Below the pieces are notes generated by a model, which ran no database searches, was not told the DNA's origin, and saw only the letters and a program-made list of their open reading frames with translations. From positions 50,036,001 through 50,100,000 of the forward strand of contig NC_045696.1 of assembly GCF_009834535.1 (NCBI RefSeq): a stretch of 64,000 bases of DNA. The letters run 5' to 3'. This DNA is from Camelus ferus (Eukaryota). Below, piece by piece: positions 21,920-35,779 of this stretch (the first letter of the stretch is position 1; the number at the start of each line of letters is the position of its first letter). The position numbers and the translations under genes are program-made.

Positions 21920-23480
21920 GTTGTTGTCTACATCTTCATATGATCTCTGTCTATATTTGCAGAAATTCTTTATATCCTAGATCCTTTATGTACTAGATAC
22001 CGATTACTTCTCCCTATTTTGCATAACTCCATTAAATTTCTCAGTTTTATCATTAAAAGAAGTCTTTAATGTTTTGATGTTGTTAAATCCACATTTTTTC
22101 ACCCAATAGTTTGAGTTTGGGATCTTATTTAAGAAGTCCTCATTCACCTAAATTCACAAAAATATAATCATATTTATTAGCTTCCTATTTTTTCTATTTT
22201 ATATATAGGTATTTAAACCTTTGTACATAATGTAGACTTGATATATAGTATTAAATGTTGTTATATAATGATTCAGATTTCCCACCATCAGCTTCTATAC
22301 AATCTGTTCTTCCCTTCTCTTACTTATGAACTCCATTTCCATCTCTCTCAGGTGGAACTTTTGTTCCATTGTTTAATTTTTTGTTTTTTTTTTAAATGCA
22401 TATTGTTTTTATTTCGACAACTTTTTGTTATGTGTTAAAATGTGATAGGGAGAGATTTCCCTCTTTTCTTTCTTAACTTGATATTTCAATTCAGAGATGC
22501 ACAAGCACACGCATACGTCATGAACTAAGTTTACTAAGTTCTTTAAAAAATGTGGCTGGAATTTTGGTTAGTCCTACACTTGAATTTTTAGATTAATTTA
22601 ATTTTGGAAGTATCGATATCTTTACAGTGTAATTTGCTCCACCTATAAATATGTCATCCATTTATTCATGGACGCCTTTCAGGAAAATTTAAAAATTTTC
22701 TTTCTGCAGGGTTTATGTAATTTTTGTTAAGTTAATTCCCTGGTACTTTTAATCTGTTCACTATAATGAATGGTATCATTTTTAAATGAAATTTTCTAGC
22801 TGATTATTAGTGGTTTAGGAACAGTTATGGATTTTGAAGTTAACCTGTAGCTGGAAACCTTGCTAAACTCTATTTATTCAAAGCTTTTCTGTTGATCTAA
22901 TGATTTTCCCTGTAAATAACCATCTGTCTTGCACATAATGACATTTTTGCTTTAAAACATTTCTGAATTTAAAGACCATGTCTAAAATTTATCTAAGTAT
23001 GATATTTGCTACAGTTTTTGGCTGTTAAGCACATTATCAAGTTTAGGAGATGTTTCATTATTTCCATTTTCTGTGGTTTTATCATATATAGGTTGTTGAA
23101 CTTAAGAAATAATTTTTTGTACCTGTTAAGACAATGATACGAATTTTCCAAAGCAGTCCACTAATATGATAAATTACATTGACAGATTTTCTAGTGCTAA
23201 ACTATTCTGGGATTTTTTTTTCCGCTTTATAAGTAAAACACGACTATACTTTTATTTTTTGGCTTTAAAATAAAGATTACAAATTAGGCTTTGAAATTAA
23301 CACTAGCCTCAAAGAAAGGGTTTAGTCATTTAGTATTTCTTCTTTTAGAAATATGTACGAGAGCGATTTCTTTTCCTTAACAACCATCTGGATTTATGGA
23401 TGTTTTGGTAGTAGAATTCTTTCATTTCAACTGAGTTCCTTTCAAAATTGTTGGCTTATTCAGTTTTCAATTTCTCATAA
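21920..23480 (-). mobile_element. Ancient degraded L1 (L1ME-like) ORF2 fragments
   Basis: Degenerate antisense ORF2 motifs (gctggaattttggttagt...ttgaatttttagattaattt; ccttgctaaactc). Confidence 0.5.
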
Positions 23481-23499
23481 TTTTTTATCCTCTTACTTC

Positions 23500-25468
23500 T
23501 ATTTTTTAGTTTGTTGGGGTAAGAACATTTAACATGAGCTCTATCCTCTTAACAAAATTTTTTAAGCATATGATGTAGTATTGTTGATTATCAGTACAAC
23601 ATGGAGCAGATCTCTAGAACTTGTTTGTAAGTTGCTTAACTTATGCCCATTGATTAGTAACTCCCCATTTCTCTGTCTCCTCAGCCCCTGGCAACTACCA
23701 TTTCACTCTCTGATTCTATGAATTCGATTATTTTAGGTACTTCACACAAGTGCAATCGTGCGGCGCCTGTCTTTTGTGACTGGCTTATTTTACTTAGCAT
23801 AGTGCCCTTGAGGTTCAGCTATGTTGTCACATATTGCAGAATTTCCTTCTTTTTAAGGCTGCATAGTATTCCATTGTTTGTACATACCACATATCCTTTA
23901 TTCCATTCATTTCTGGATGAATATTTAGGTTGTTTCTACACCTTGGCTAATGTGCATAGTGCTGCAATGAACACAAGGGTGCTAATATCTCTTTTAGATC
24001 CTGATTTCAATTTTTTTTGCATAAATACCCAGAAGTGGGATTGGATTATATATAGTTCAATTTTAAATTTTTTGAGAAACCTCCATGGTGTTTTCCATAG
24101 TGGCCATACCATTTTGCATTCCCACCAGCAGCAAACAAGTGTTCCAACTTCTCCACATTCTCATCAACACTTGTTGTGTTTCGTTTTTTGATAATAGCCA
24201 TGCTGACAGATGCCAGGTGATATCTCACTGTGGTATTGATCTTCATTTCCCTGATAATTAGTGTCATTGAGTATGTTTTCATATACTTGTTGGCCATTTA
24301 TATCTTCTTTGAAGAAATATCTGTTCAAATCCTTAGCCTATTTGTTTGTTGGGTTATAGGGTTTTTTTTTGCTACTGAGTTTTAGTAATTTTTAAATATA
24401 TTTTGGTGATAACCCTCATCAGATACATGGTCTGAAATAATTTTTCTCAGGATCATGTTATCTTTTATTACTAGCACTGATTAATTTAAAAACACACTTG
24501 GAAACTTGCCCTAAATAAAATAGAAACTAGTTTTAGAAACTTATTAGGCCAAATGATGTGACTGTAACCGGAAGAAATAAGGCTTAGAACAGTCCCATGT
24601 GCAAGCACTTCAGGGCTGCTACAAGACCTCTGAGATTCAGAAGGAGGACAAACCCTGAGAGTGACCAAATGCTGTCGCCATCCTAGAGCTACTTGCCTGT
24701 GTACCTGAGCGATTGTTTCCTGTTCCATAACTGGAAAACACATGAATAGGCTATGGTTTTAAATGTCATTAGTACAGCGAGAAACCAACATTTGCATGCT
24801 TGTGATGGGTTTTATGACTCTTAAAGACCTCTGGAAGTATTTCTCTTGTTCTGTAGGTTGGCCCTTACGCTGCTGATTTTTTCCTTCATTGTGCAGAAGT
24901 TTTTTAGCTTAATATAGTCCTGCTTGTCTATTTTTGTTTTTGTGGCCTGTACTTTTGGTGTCATTTCCATGAAGTCATTGCCAAGACCAATGTCATGAAG
25001 TTTTTTCCCTAGGAGTTTTCTAGGAGTTTAACAGTTTAAACTCTGACATTTAAGTTTTTAATTCATTTTGAGTTTATTTTTCTGTATGATGTAAAATAAA
25101 GGTCCAGTTGTATCCTTTTGTATGTGGATATCCAGTTTTCACAACATCATTTGTTCAAGAGACAGTCCTTTCCCCATTATGTGTCTTGGCACCTTGTCAA
25201 AGATCGGTTGACTGTATAGTGTAGATTTAATTCTGAGTTCTCTATTCTATTCCATTGATCCGTATGTCTCTCTTCATGCTAGTTCCAAGCTATTTTGAAT
25301 TACTGTAACCTTGTACTATATTCTGAAATCAAGAAGTGTGATACCTCCAGCTTCATTCTTCTTTCTCAAGGCTGATTTGGCTATTTGTGGGCTTTCTGTG
25401 TTCCATATGGATTATAGAATTGTTTTTCTATTTTAAAAAATGCTATGGGAATTTTGATAGGAATTGCA
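23500..25468 (-). mobile_element. LINE-1 3'UTR and ORF2 3' part
   Basis: Minus-strand ORF MANKYMK...IIREMKINTTVRYHL is L1 ORF2; typical 3'UTR lies to the left. Confidence 0.85.
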
Positions 25469-26165
25469 CAAAAAACCTAATGCTACTTCTTAAGGAGCTA
25501 TAAAAAGAAGCAAAAAACTGAGTCAAGAGTTAGGTGAAGGAAGGAAGTTACAAAGATTAAATAAAATAGAAAATAGAAAAAATCAACTAGACTAAGAGTT
25601 CGTTTTTGAAAAGATAAAATTGATAAACCATTAACTAGACTAACAAAAAAAGAGAGAAGACTCAAATAAATTAAATAAAAAATGAAAGAATAGACATTAT
25701 GACTGATGCACAGAAATAAAAAATATCGTAAGAGACTGCTATGAAAAATTATATGCCAACAAACTGGATAACCTAGAAGAAATAGATAAATTCCTAGTAA
25801 CATACAACCTATCAAAACTAAATCATGAAGAAGTAGAAAGTCTGAACAGAAATATAACCAGTATGGAGATTGAATCAGTAACCGAAAACCTCTGAACAAA
25901 GGGAAGTCCAGGACTAGATGGCTTCACTACAGAATCCCACCAAGCATTTAAACAAGAATTAATACTAGGGCTTCTCAAGCTCTTTCAAGAAATTGAGAAG
26001 GAGGCATCAGTTCCAAACTCATTTTACTAGGTCAGCTTTACCTTGATAGCAAAGCCAGACAAAGACATCACAAGAAAAGAAAAACTACTGGCCAATATCC
26101 TAAAAATATATATATATATGTAAAAATCCTCAACAGGAAATTGAATTCAACAGCACATTAAAAGC
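25469..26165 (+). mobile_element. LINE-1 ORF2 internal fragment, opposite orientation to its neighbour
   Basis: tatgccaacaaactggataacctagaagaaatagataaattcct; ccaggactagatggcttcact (PGPDGF-like). Confidence 0.85.
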
Positions 26166-26177
26166 CTCTTACAGGCT

Positions 26178-28204
26178 TGGACTTTGTCAAGATGGTGGAG
26201 TAGGGAGACCCTGAGCAAACCTCTGCCCATAGGCACACCAAAATTACAATGATTTACAGGGCAATTATAAATAAGGACAACTAAAAACTAGCAAAAAAAA
26301 GATCTTCTACAGCTAAAGATATACAGATGGAATCACAATAAGGTGGTAAGAGGATGGGAGACGCAGTATAGTCAAGACTACACCTCCAGTTACGTGGACC
26401 CACAAACAGGAGGATAATCATAATTGCAGAGGTTACACCCAAGGAACCAGGGGTCCACCCCACATCAAACTCCCCTGCCTGGGGGTTTTTCACTGGGAAG
26501 ACGAGTCCCCAGAACATCTGGCTTTGAAGGCCAGTGGGGCATGCATTCAGGAGAGCCAGAAAGCTGTAGGAAAGAGAGACTCCACTCTTAAAGGGCACAC
26601 ACAAAATCTCACACACTCAGAGACCCAAGGCAGAAGCAGTAATTGAAAGGAGCCTGGGTCAGACTCATTTGCTGATCTTGTAGAGCTTCCTGAAGAGGCA
26701 GGAGGCAACTGGCACTCACCCTGAGGACACAGATGCTGGCGAGACCTGGCCCTGCCCACCAGTGGGTCAGCACCAGTCCTGGGACTTGGTCTCACCCAAC
26801 AGTGGGTAGGCACCAGCCCTGAGAACCCCAGGCCACCACAGTCAGACATACCAGAACCCAGTCCCACCCACCAGCAGGCAAAAATCAACCCATTAACTAA
26901 GAGACCTCTGCAGACAGCTGCAGTGGGAACTGGCCCTGCCCAGTGGTGGACAGGCATCATCCACAGGACCTCCTAGGCTCCAGTCCTGCCCATCAGTGGG
27001 CCAGCACTATCCCCAGGACCTCCTGAATACCACAGTCATCTGCAATAAGACACAAACCCACTAATCAATAGGCTGGCACCAGTTCCGGGACGTGGCTCCA
27101 CCCACCAGTGTCTGTCTGGCAGACACTACACTAGGCAGGGCCTGACAATCAACTAGGCAAGGGGCCAGCCATTCTTACCAGTGACCCACTGTAGCCAGTC
27201 CTGCCACAATTAAAGGGCCTATGCAGTTCACCTAGAGGCATCCCTAGAGCATATACTTCTGTTTAACAGAAGGGAGTATGCTGCAGGGCACCATAAAACA
27301 TCTTCTACATTAGGCCACTTTTCCAAGATCTGTAAATGTAACAAACATACCTAATACATAAACATAAAAACAGAAAATCAGGAAAAATGAAATGACAAAG
27401 GAATATATTCAAAATGAAGGAACGGGATAATAACTTAGAAGAAAAGCTAAGCAAAGTGGAGATAGGAAATCTACCTAATAAGAGTTCAAGGTAATAATCA
27501 TGAAGATGCTCAATGAATTTGAGAGAAGAATGGATGAACACAGTAATAAGTTTGACAAAAAGTTAGAAAATGTAAAAAAGAGCTAAACAAAGTTGAAGAA
27601 TATAATAACTTACATAAAAAATACACACTAGAAGGAATCAACAGCATATTAGATGACACAAAGGAATGGGTCAGCATACGAGGAGACAGAGTAGTGGAAA
27701 TCACTGATGCTGAACATGAAAAAGAAAAATTAACTTTAAAAAGTGAGGACAGTTTAAGAGACTTCTGGAACAACATCAGGGGTACCAACATTCTCATGAT
27801 AAGAAACCCAGGAGGACAAGAGAAAGTGGCAGAGACTTATTTGAAGATATAATAGCTGAAAACTTCCCTCTCCTGGGAAAAGAACAAATATCCAGGTACA
27901 GGTTGCACAGACAGTCCCAAAGAGGAAAAACCCAAAAGAAGACTACACCGAGACACATTGTTTTTAAAATGGCAAAAATTAAAGACAGAATATTAAAAGC
28001 AGCCAAGGAAAAGCAAAATGTTATACACAAAGGAACTCCTGCTGACTTTTCAGCAGAAACTCTGCAGGCTAGAATGAATGCAGGCGTGATGTATTTAAAG
28101 TGACGAAAGGAAAAACCTACAAACAATAATACTCTACCCATCACGATTTTCATTCATATGTGATGGAGAAAGTAAAAATTTATACACAAGCAAAAGCTGA
28201 ATAA
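26178..28204 (+). mobile_element. LINE-1 5'UTR and ORF1 (disrupted)
   Basis: caagatggtggagtag start; ORF1 motif TPRHIVFKMAKIKDRILKAAKEK...ADFSAETLQAR. Confidence 0.85.
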
Positions 28205-31200
28205 GTGGAGCTGGGTCCTGACCCTCTAGCGGGCAGGGCTATGTCCAGGGGCATATCTAGAGGCATTTGTGGGCTCAGGAAGTCTGCTGATGGGTAGAGC
28301 TGTGTTCCCATCTGGTATATTGTTTGGCCTGAGGTGTCCCAGTACTTAAGCCTACAGGCTGTTGAGTGGAGCCAGCTCTTGGTGCTAATAATCCAAGCCA
28401 GATGTCAGCCTCCAGGGAAAGCTTATACAGATGAATACTCCCCAAATGTTCTCCACCAGCTTTTATTTCCCAAGGGGGAGCCACAGCCACACTCACCTCT
28501 CAGGAGACCTTCCAAAAACCAGCAGGCAGGTCTAGCCCAGGTTCCTATGAAATCACTGTCTCTTCCCCTGGTCCCAGTGCATGTGAGATTCTGTGTGTGA
28601 TCCAAGAGAGTGAAGTCTCTGTTTCCCCCTATCCTATGGAGCTCCTGCAATTAAGCCCAGGTGGTCTTCAAAAACAAATGCTCTGCAGACTTCTTCTCTT
28701 GATGTTGGACCTCTGGGCCCACTCACCAGTGGGCAAGCACCAACCCCTCCTGTCAGGCCTGCACAAGCCTCTAGTCCAGCTTCACCTACCAAGGGGCAGA
28801 TACCAGAAGTAAGAAAACAACAATCCCACAGCCTGTGGAAGGTGTCCACAAATGCAGGCCAGACTCTACCCTGGGACCAGCTGAACCCTGGTCCTTGAGT
28901 GACAAGATGGGAGTGCACTGCTGGGATGCATATGATAGCTCATACAAAGGGCCATTTCTTCAAGGTTGAGAAATGTAACAATTTCTTAGAAAGGTACAAT
29001 TTGCCAAGACTAAACCAGAAGAAATAGAAAATATGAATAGACCAATTACCAGTACAGAAATCAAATCAGTAATTTTAAAACTCCCAATAAACTGCAGGAC
29101 CAGATGACTTCACAGGTGAATTATACAAAACATTTAGAGAAAGGTTAACACCTATCCTTCTGAAACTATTCCAAGAAATTGCAGAGGAATGAACACTTCC
29201 AAATTCATTCTATGAGGCCACCATCATCCTGAGACCAAAATCAGACAAAGATATCACACACAAATAAAGAAAATTACAGGCCAATATCACTTATGAATAT
29301 AGATGCAAAAATCCTCAAGAATATAATAGGAAATAGAAATATATAAAGCATTAAAAGGATCATACACCAAATCAAGTGAGATTTATCTCAGACAGGTAAG
29401 GATGATTCAGTATCCACAAATCAATCAATGTGATACATTATATTAACAAACTGAAGAATAAAAACCATATGATCATCTCAATTGATGCAGAAGAAGCTTT
29501 TGATAAAATTCAGCATCCATTTATGATAAAGACTCTTCATAAAGTGGGCATAGAGGGAACATACCTTAAAATAAAGGCCATAAGCTAACATCATACTCAG
29601 TGGGGAAAAGCTGAAAGCATTTCCTCTAAGATCTGGAACAAGACAGGAATGCCCACTCTCACCACTTTCATTCAACGTACTTTTGGAAGTCCTAGCCATA
29701 GCAGTATGAGAAGAAAAAGAAAAAAAAAAAAAAGGAATCCAAATTGGAAAAGAAGAAGTAAAACTGTCCCTGTTTACAAATAACATGATACTATACATAG
29801 AAAATCCTAAAGATGCTACCAAAAAAGTACTATAGCTCATCAATGAATTTGGTAAAGTTGCGGGATACAAAATCAATACACATAAGTCAGTTGCATTTCT
29901 ATTCACTAAGAACAAAATAGCATAAAAAAGAAATTAAGGAAATGATTCCATTCACCACCCATCAAAAAGAATAAAATACCTAGGAATAAACCTACTAAGA
30001 GGCAAAGGATCTGACTCCAAAAACCACGAGACACTGAAGAAAGACACTGAAAATGACACAAGCAGATGGAATGAAATGCCATGTTCTTGGATTGGAAGAA
30101 TCAATATTTTTAAAATGGCCATACTACCCAAGGCAATATACAGATTCAATGCAATGCCTATAAAATAACCAATGACATTTTCAGAGAACTGGAGCAAAAA
30201 ATGTTAAAAGACCCTGAATAGACAAAACAATCTTGAGAAAGAAGAATGGAGCTGGGGAATCATGCTCCATGACTTTAGACCATGCTACAAAACTACAGTA
30301 ATCAAAACAGTATGGTACTGCCACAAAAACAGAGACGCAGATCAACGGAACAGGATAGAAAGTCCAGAAATAAACGTACACACTTATGGTCAATTAATCT
30401 ATAATAAAGGAGGCAAAAATATACAATGGAGAAAAGACAGTCTCTTCAATAAATGTTGCTGGGAAAACTAGACAGCTACTTCTAAAAGAATGAAATTAGA
30501 GCATTCTCTAACACCATATACAAAAACAAACTCAAAATGGATTAAAGTCCTAAATGTAAGACTGGATACTATAAAACTAGAGGAAAACATAGGCAGAACA
30601 CTGTTTGACATAAATCACAGCAATATTTTTTTTCAAACAAGCTTCTAGAGTAATGGAAATAAAAGTAAAAATAAACAAATGAGACCTAATTAAACTTAAA
30701 AGCTTTTGCACAGCTAAAGATACCATTAACAAAATAAAAAGACAACCTACAGAATGGGAGAAAATATTTGCAAATGATGCAACTGACAAGGGACTAATTT
30801 CCAAAATATACAAACAGCTCATGTAGCTTAACATAAAAAACCCCAAACAACCCAATCAAAAAATGGGTAGAAGACCTAAATAGACATTTCTCCAAAGACA
30901 TCCAGATGGCCAGCAGGCACATGAAAGAATGCTCAATATTGCTATTTATTAGAGAAATGCAAATAAAAACTACAATAATGTATCACCTCACACCAGTCAG
31001 AATGGCCATCACTAAAAATCTTCAAGTAATAAATGCTGAAGAGGGTGTGAAGAAAAGGAACCCTCCTACACTGTTGGTTTGAATGTTAATTGGTGCAGCC
31101 ACTATGAAGGACAGTATGGAGGTTCCTTTAAAAATTAAAAATGCACTTACCATATGATCCAGCAATCACACTCCTGGGCATACATCCAGAGAAACTATAG

Positions 31201-31810
31201 TTGGAAAAGATACATGCACCTCAATGTTCACAGCAGCCCTATTTACAACAGCCAAGACATGGAAACAACCTAAGTGTCCATCACCAGATGAATGAAAAAA
31301 GATGTGGTATCTATCTATCTATCTATATCTCTATATATTTCTGTCTCTCTCCATATATGAAATAATGGAATGTTACTGAGTCATACAAAACAATAAGTAA
31401 TGCCATTTGCAGCAACATGGATGGGCCCAGAGACTATCATATTAAGTGGAGGAAGCCAGGCAGAGAAAGAATACTATCATATGATGTCACTTATATGTGC
31501 AATTTTTAAAGAAATGATACAAATTTTATTTACAAACCAGAAATAGATTCATGGATATAGAAAAAAAAAACCACTGGTTATAAAAAAGGAAAGGGGAGAG
31601 GGATAGATTAGGAGTTTAGGATTAACAGATACACATTATTATATATAAAATAGATAAACAATAAGGACCTACTGTATAGCACAATTAGTTGTAATAAGCT
31701 GTAATGAAAAGAAACTGAAAAAATATATATGTATGTATATGTATAACTGAATTGCTTTGCTGTATACCTGAAACTGACATTGTAAATCGATTAAACTTCA
31801 ATAAAAAATA
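28205..31810 (+). mobile_element. Nested LINE-1: inverted 5'UTR piece (28205-28715), sense 5'UTR piece, then ORF2 RT/C-terminus, 3'UTR and A-tail
   Basis: RT motifs (atgatcatctcaattgatgcagaagaagcttttgataaaattc; ggaacaagacaggaatgccc), [10 protein letters not shown]...IESPEIN, and aataaaaaa at about 31800. Confidence 0.85.
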
Positions 31811-31829
31811 AGAAATAAAATAAGACAGA

Positions 31830-33662
31830 GAAATAAAATAAGACAGAGTGGCTGAATGAAAAGAAAAGCCCATATATATATGCTACTTACAAGAAACTCA
31901 TGTCAGATCTAAAGATACACTAGCCGGAAGGTACGGGGATGGAAAAGGTATTCCACACAAATGGAAATCAAAAGAAAGCTGGGGATGTGATACTTGTATC
32001 AGACAAAATAGGCTTTGAAACAAAGATGTAACAAGACACAAAGAAGGACATTACACATTGATAAAGGGATCAATCCAACAGGAACGTGTAACAATTGCAA
32101 ACATATATACACTCAACCTAGGAGCACCTAAATATATAAAGGAAATAGTAACATACATAAAGGGAGAAATTTACACTGATACAGTAACAGTAAGGGACAT
32201 TAACACCCCACTTATATCAATGGACAGATCGTCCAGACAGAAAAATAATAATGATATAGTGGCCTTAAAAAACATTTCAGACCAAGTGAACTTAGTAGAT
32301 CTATACAGAACATTCCATCCGAAGCAGCAGAATACATATTCTTTTCAAGTGCATATGGAACATTCTCCAGGATAGATCACGTGCTAATTCATAGAAGAAT
32401 TCAAGTAGCAGTAAGTGTAAGAAGATTGAAATCACATGAAGCATCTTTTCTAACCCTGAGGCTATTAAACTAAAAACCAACTCTAAGAAAAAAATTGCAT
32501 AAAACACAAACACATGGAGGCTAAACAATATGCTACTAAATAGCCAACGAATCATTAAATCACAAAGAAGAAATTTTAAAAAACATCTGGAGACAAATGA
32601 AAACACAATAATACAAAATATATGGGACACAGCCAAAGCTTTCTGAGAGGGGAGTTCAAATGATATGAGTGTACCTCAGGGAACAAGAAAAATCTCAAAT
32701 AACAATCTGATCTTACACTTAATGGAACTAGAAAATTAAGAACAAACAAGACCTAAAGTTAATAGAGGGAAAGAAGTCATAAAGATCAGAGCAGAAATAC
32801 ATGAAATAGACTTAAAAAATAGAAAAGATCAATGAAACTCATTGCTGGTTCTTTGAAAAGATAAACAAAATTGATAAACCTTTAGTCAGACACATCAAGA
32901 AAAGAGAAGTGTTCCAAATAAATAAAATTGGAAATGAAAGAGAAGTTATGACTGACACCACAGAAATACAAAGAATCATAAGAGACTACTATGAGCAACT
33001 ATATGCCAATAAAATGGACAACCTAGAAGAAATGGAGAAATTTCAGAAATGTGCACTTTCCTAAGACTAAACCAGGAAGAAATAGAAAATGTGAATAGAC
33101 CAATTACCAGTACGGAAATCAAATCAGTAACTTAAAAACTCCCAACAAACAAAAGACCAGGACCAGATAAATCACAGGTGAATTCTATCAAACAGTTAGA
33201 GAAGAGTTAACTCTTATCCTCCCCAAATTTTTTTCAAAAAATGCAGAATACGGTTTGTTTCTGAACTCATTTATGAGGACAGCATCACCTGGATACCTAA
33301 ACCAGATAAATATATCACACAAAAAGGAAAATTATAGGCCAATATCACTGGTGAGCATAAATGCAACTTTCCTCAACAAAATATTAGCAAACTAAATTAA
33401 ACAATATTTAAAAAGAATCATGCACCATGATCAAATAGGATTGATCCCAGGAATGTAAAGATGGTACAATACCTACAATTCAACCAGTGTGATACACCAC
33501 AATAACAAACTGAGGAATAAAAACCATATTATGATCGCAACAGATGAAGAAATAGCTTTTGATAAAATTCAACATCCATTTATGATAAAAACTCTTCAGA
33601 AAGTAGGTATAGAAGGAACTAACCTCAGCATAATAAAAGCCATATATGGTAAGTCCACAGCT
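31830..33662 (+). mobile_element. LINE-1 ORF2 endonuclease to RT N-terminus
   Basis: MIKGSIQQERVTIANIYTLNLGAP...DLYRTFHPK and [26 protein letters not shown]. Confidence 0.88.
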
Positions 33663-33700
33663 AGGCATGCACTCTGCCACTGAGCTGTACCTTCACCCTT
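33660..33700 (-). mobile_element. vic-1-like SINE 5' fragment
   Basis: gctaggcatgcactctgccactgagctgtaccttcaccc matches the SINE heads at 11547-11582 and 57536-57575. Confidence 0.6.
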
Positions 33701-34419
33701 CTTCCAAAGAATTTTTAAAGTAATATTTATTTTCCATGATGGCAGGAAATTTTTTCCCCTCTTTGGTTCACTCATCTGTATCCCAAGTCTCTATCTTTTG
33801 TGTTTTCATCTTATTCATACGTGTCATAGTTACTAATAGGGCATTTTTTTCCATTTAATTTTTTACCTTTATATGTCATTTTGGTAATATTTTTCTATTT
33901 TCTCCTGTGCTGTCTTTCATTAGGTTAAATATTCTTTTTCTAGTTTGAGTCATACATTATGCTATTCTTTTGATGCTTTGCCCTAACTTACTAAGAATAA
34001 TACTTATATTTATTTTTTAATGTCTATTTCTTAAGCATATACATCTTGGCATAATTCTCACCTACTTCTCATAATCTTATTACCTAAACCCTTATGTCCT
34101 TCCATGTAGGTTTGAATTTTTGTATTATTTTATTATAGATACATGATTTGGGGGAATCTTGCTTTTTTAGGCAGTTACAAATTTTGATAAGTTATATGTC
34201 CTTTCTGCATATCTTTCTATGTAGCATCCTCCTGGGTTCATTTTTCTTTTTTCCAGAATGCTTTTTTCAAAAGTGTTTTCAAGGAGAGTCCTGATATAAT
34301 ACATTTTCTGAGGTTTATATGCTTAACAAAATCTTTTTTCATCCTGTCATTTTGTAATATTTTGCTCTTAAAATTTAGGACAGAGTCTTCCAGTAGTTTT
34401 AAAAAATTGAAGTCCCACA

Positions 34420-35020
34420 AAATATCATCTACACAATTGGGAAAGAAAAGAATAGAGAAAGATTAAAAATGAAGAGGAAGAGATAAAACAAAAAATAATC
34501 TAACAGAATGATGTACACATGTTTAGGAAAAGCCATGTATAAAAATGTTTATAGCACCACTATTAAAAATAATCCCCAAATGGAAAACACACAAATGTCT
34601 AGTAACAGTAAAGTAGTAAATAAATGTGGTGTTTACAGAATGGGATAGTATACAGCAGTGAGAATGAATGACTCACAGCGACATGCAAAATCATGGATGA
34701 ATTTTTCAAATCTACTGTTGAGTGAAAGAACCCAGATACAAGTGAGGACATACTCCATGACGTCATTTATATCAAGTTCACTAACAGGCAGGCCTATTTC
34801 ATGATGCTAAGAGTAAGAGAGCAGTGGGTGGTGGCAGAGGCAGTAGTGCAGGAAGAGTGAGCAAAGAGGGTGGAACCGGCTCTGTGGGGCTGGGAACCGT
34901 CAGGGTTTTATCTGCTCACAGCTATGCAAGCATGTTTACTCTATGGCAATTCAAACTGTGTACTCATGAGGTATGCACTTTCCTCTATGAATAACACAAT
35001 CAAAAGTGAAAAGTATTTTT
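34420..35020 (+). mobile_element. L1ME-type 3' end
   Basis: aatgtttatagcaccactatt...aaatggaaaacacacaaatgtcta; catggatgaatttttcaaa...ttgagtgaaagaacccagataca. Confidence 0.7.
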
Positions 35021-35779
35021 TAAAATATACCTTTGTAGCAATATTTATAAAAGGCAAAGTGGAAGTCAAAGCTGATTTTCTTTAATATTTTGAAAATTAG
35101 CTCATTGCATCCAGCACTGCCTTGTGACAAAGTCACTTTGTTTCTTTTCTTCAGTGTCTCTACTTTTCATTTTTGAAGCTTTAAGAATTTTCTCTTCGAT
35201 TTCCTTACTTTGATCTTCTTCATTTCATTATAATATGTCCTTAAGTTGGCTTTCTCTTATAAATGCCTGTTTGCCACTCTGTGAATCTTTTGGTCCTTTC
35301 AATGTGTACTTTATGTTAATGTTTTTCTGAAAAAAAAAAATCAGTCATTTTTTATTTACAGCCCTGGGATTTACAGCCCCATGAATCCTTAAGTAAAGGC
35401 TCTGTTCCAGCACCTTGTCAGAGGGGTGCTGGTGGGCAAACAGGAAAGGCTTTAGGAATTGAGCACTTCATTGATCTGTTTGTCTTTGTTTATTTTTTAA
35501 GAGCCAAGAACTCTGGAACTTGTTAAAATAAGAAGAATCCTCAGCATCAACGCAAGTGTTAGAAAATGCCTCACAGAAAAGAAATCCAGTCACACTGGTG
35601 AAAGAGCGACGTTGACGGCTTAAAGATACAATTTGGTTCTGGATAAAAATAAATATACATTTGTTTTTTGTAAAGTGCTTCTTGGTTAGATTCGGCTTCA
35701 AAATATTTGCATTTTTCAGAGGTGGTAACTGGGGAAACTGTAACACTGCTCAAAAATCATTTCCTACATGCCTGCTCCA

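Noticed and set aside
27380..33683. L1 ORF1/ORF2 fragments as potentially active retrotransposon genes
   Set aside because: Multiple stops, frameshifts and rearrangements; not retrotransposition-competent.
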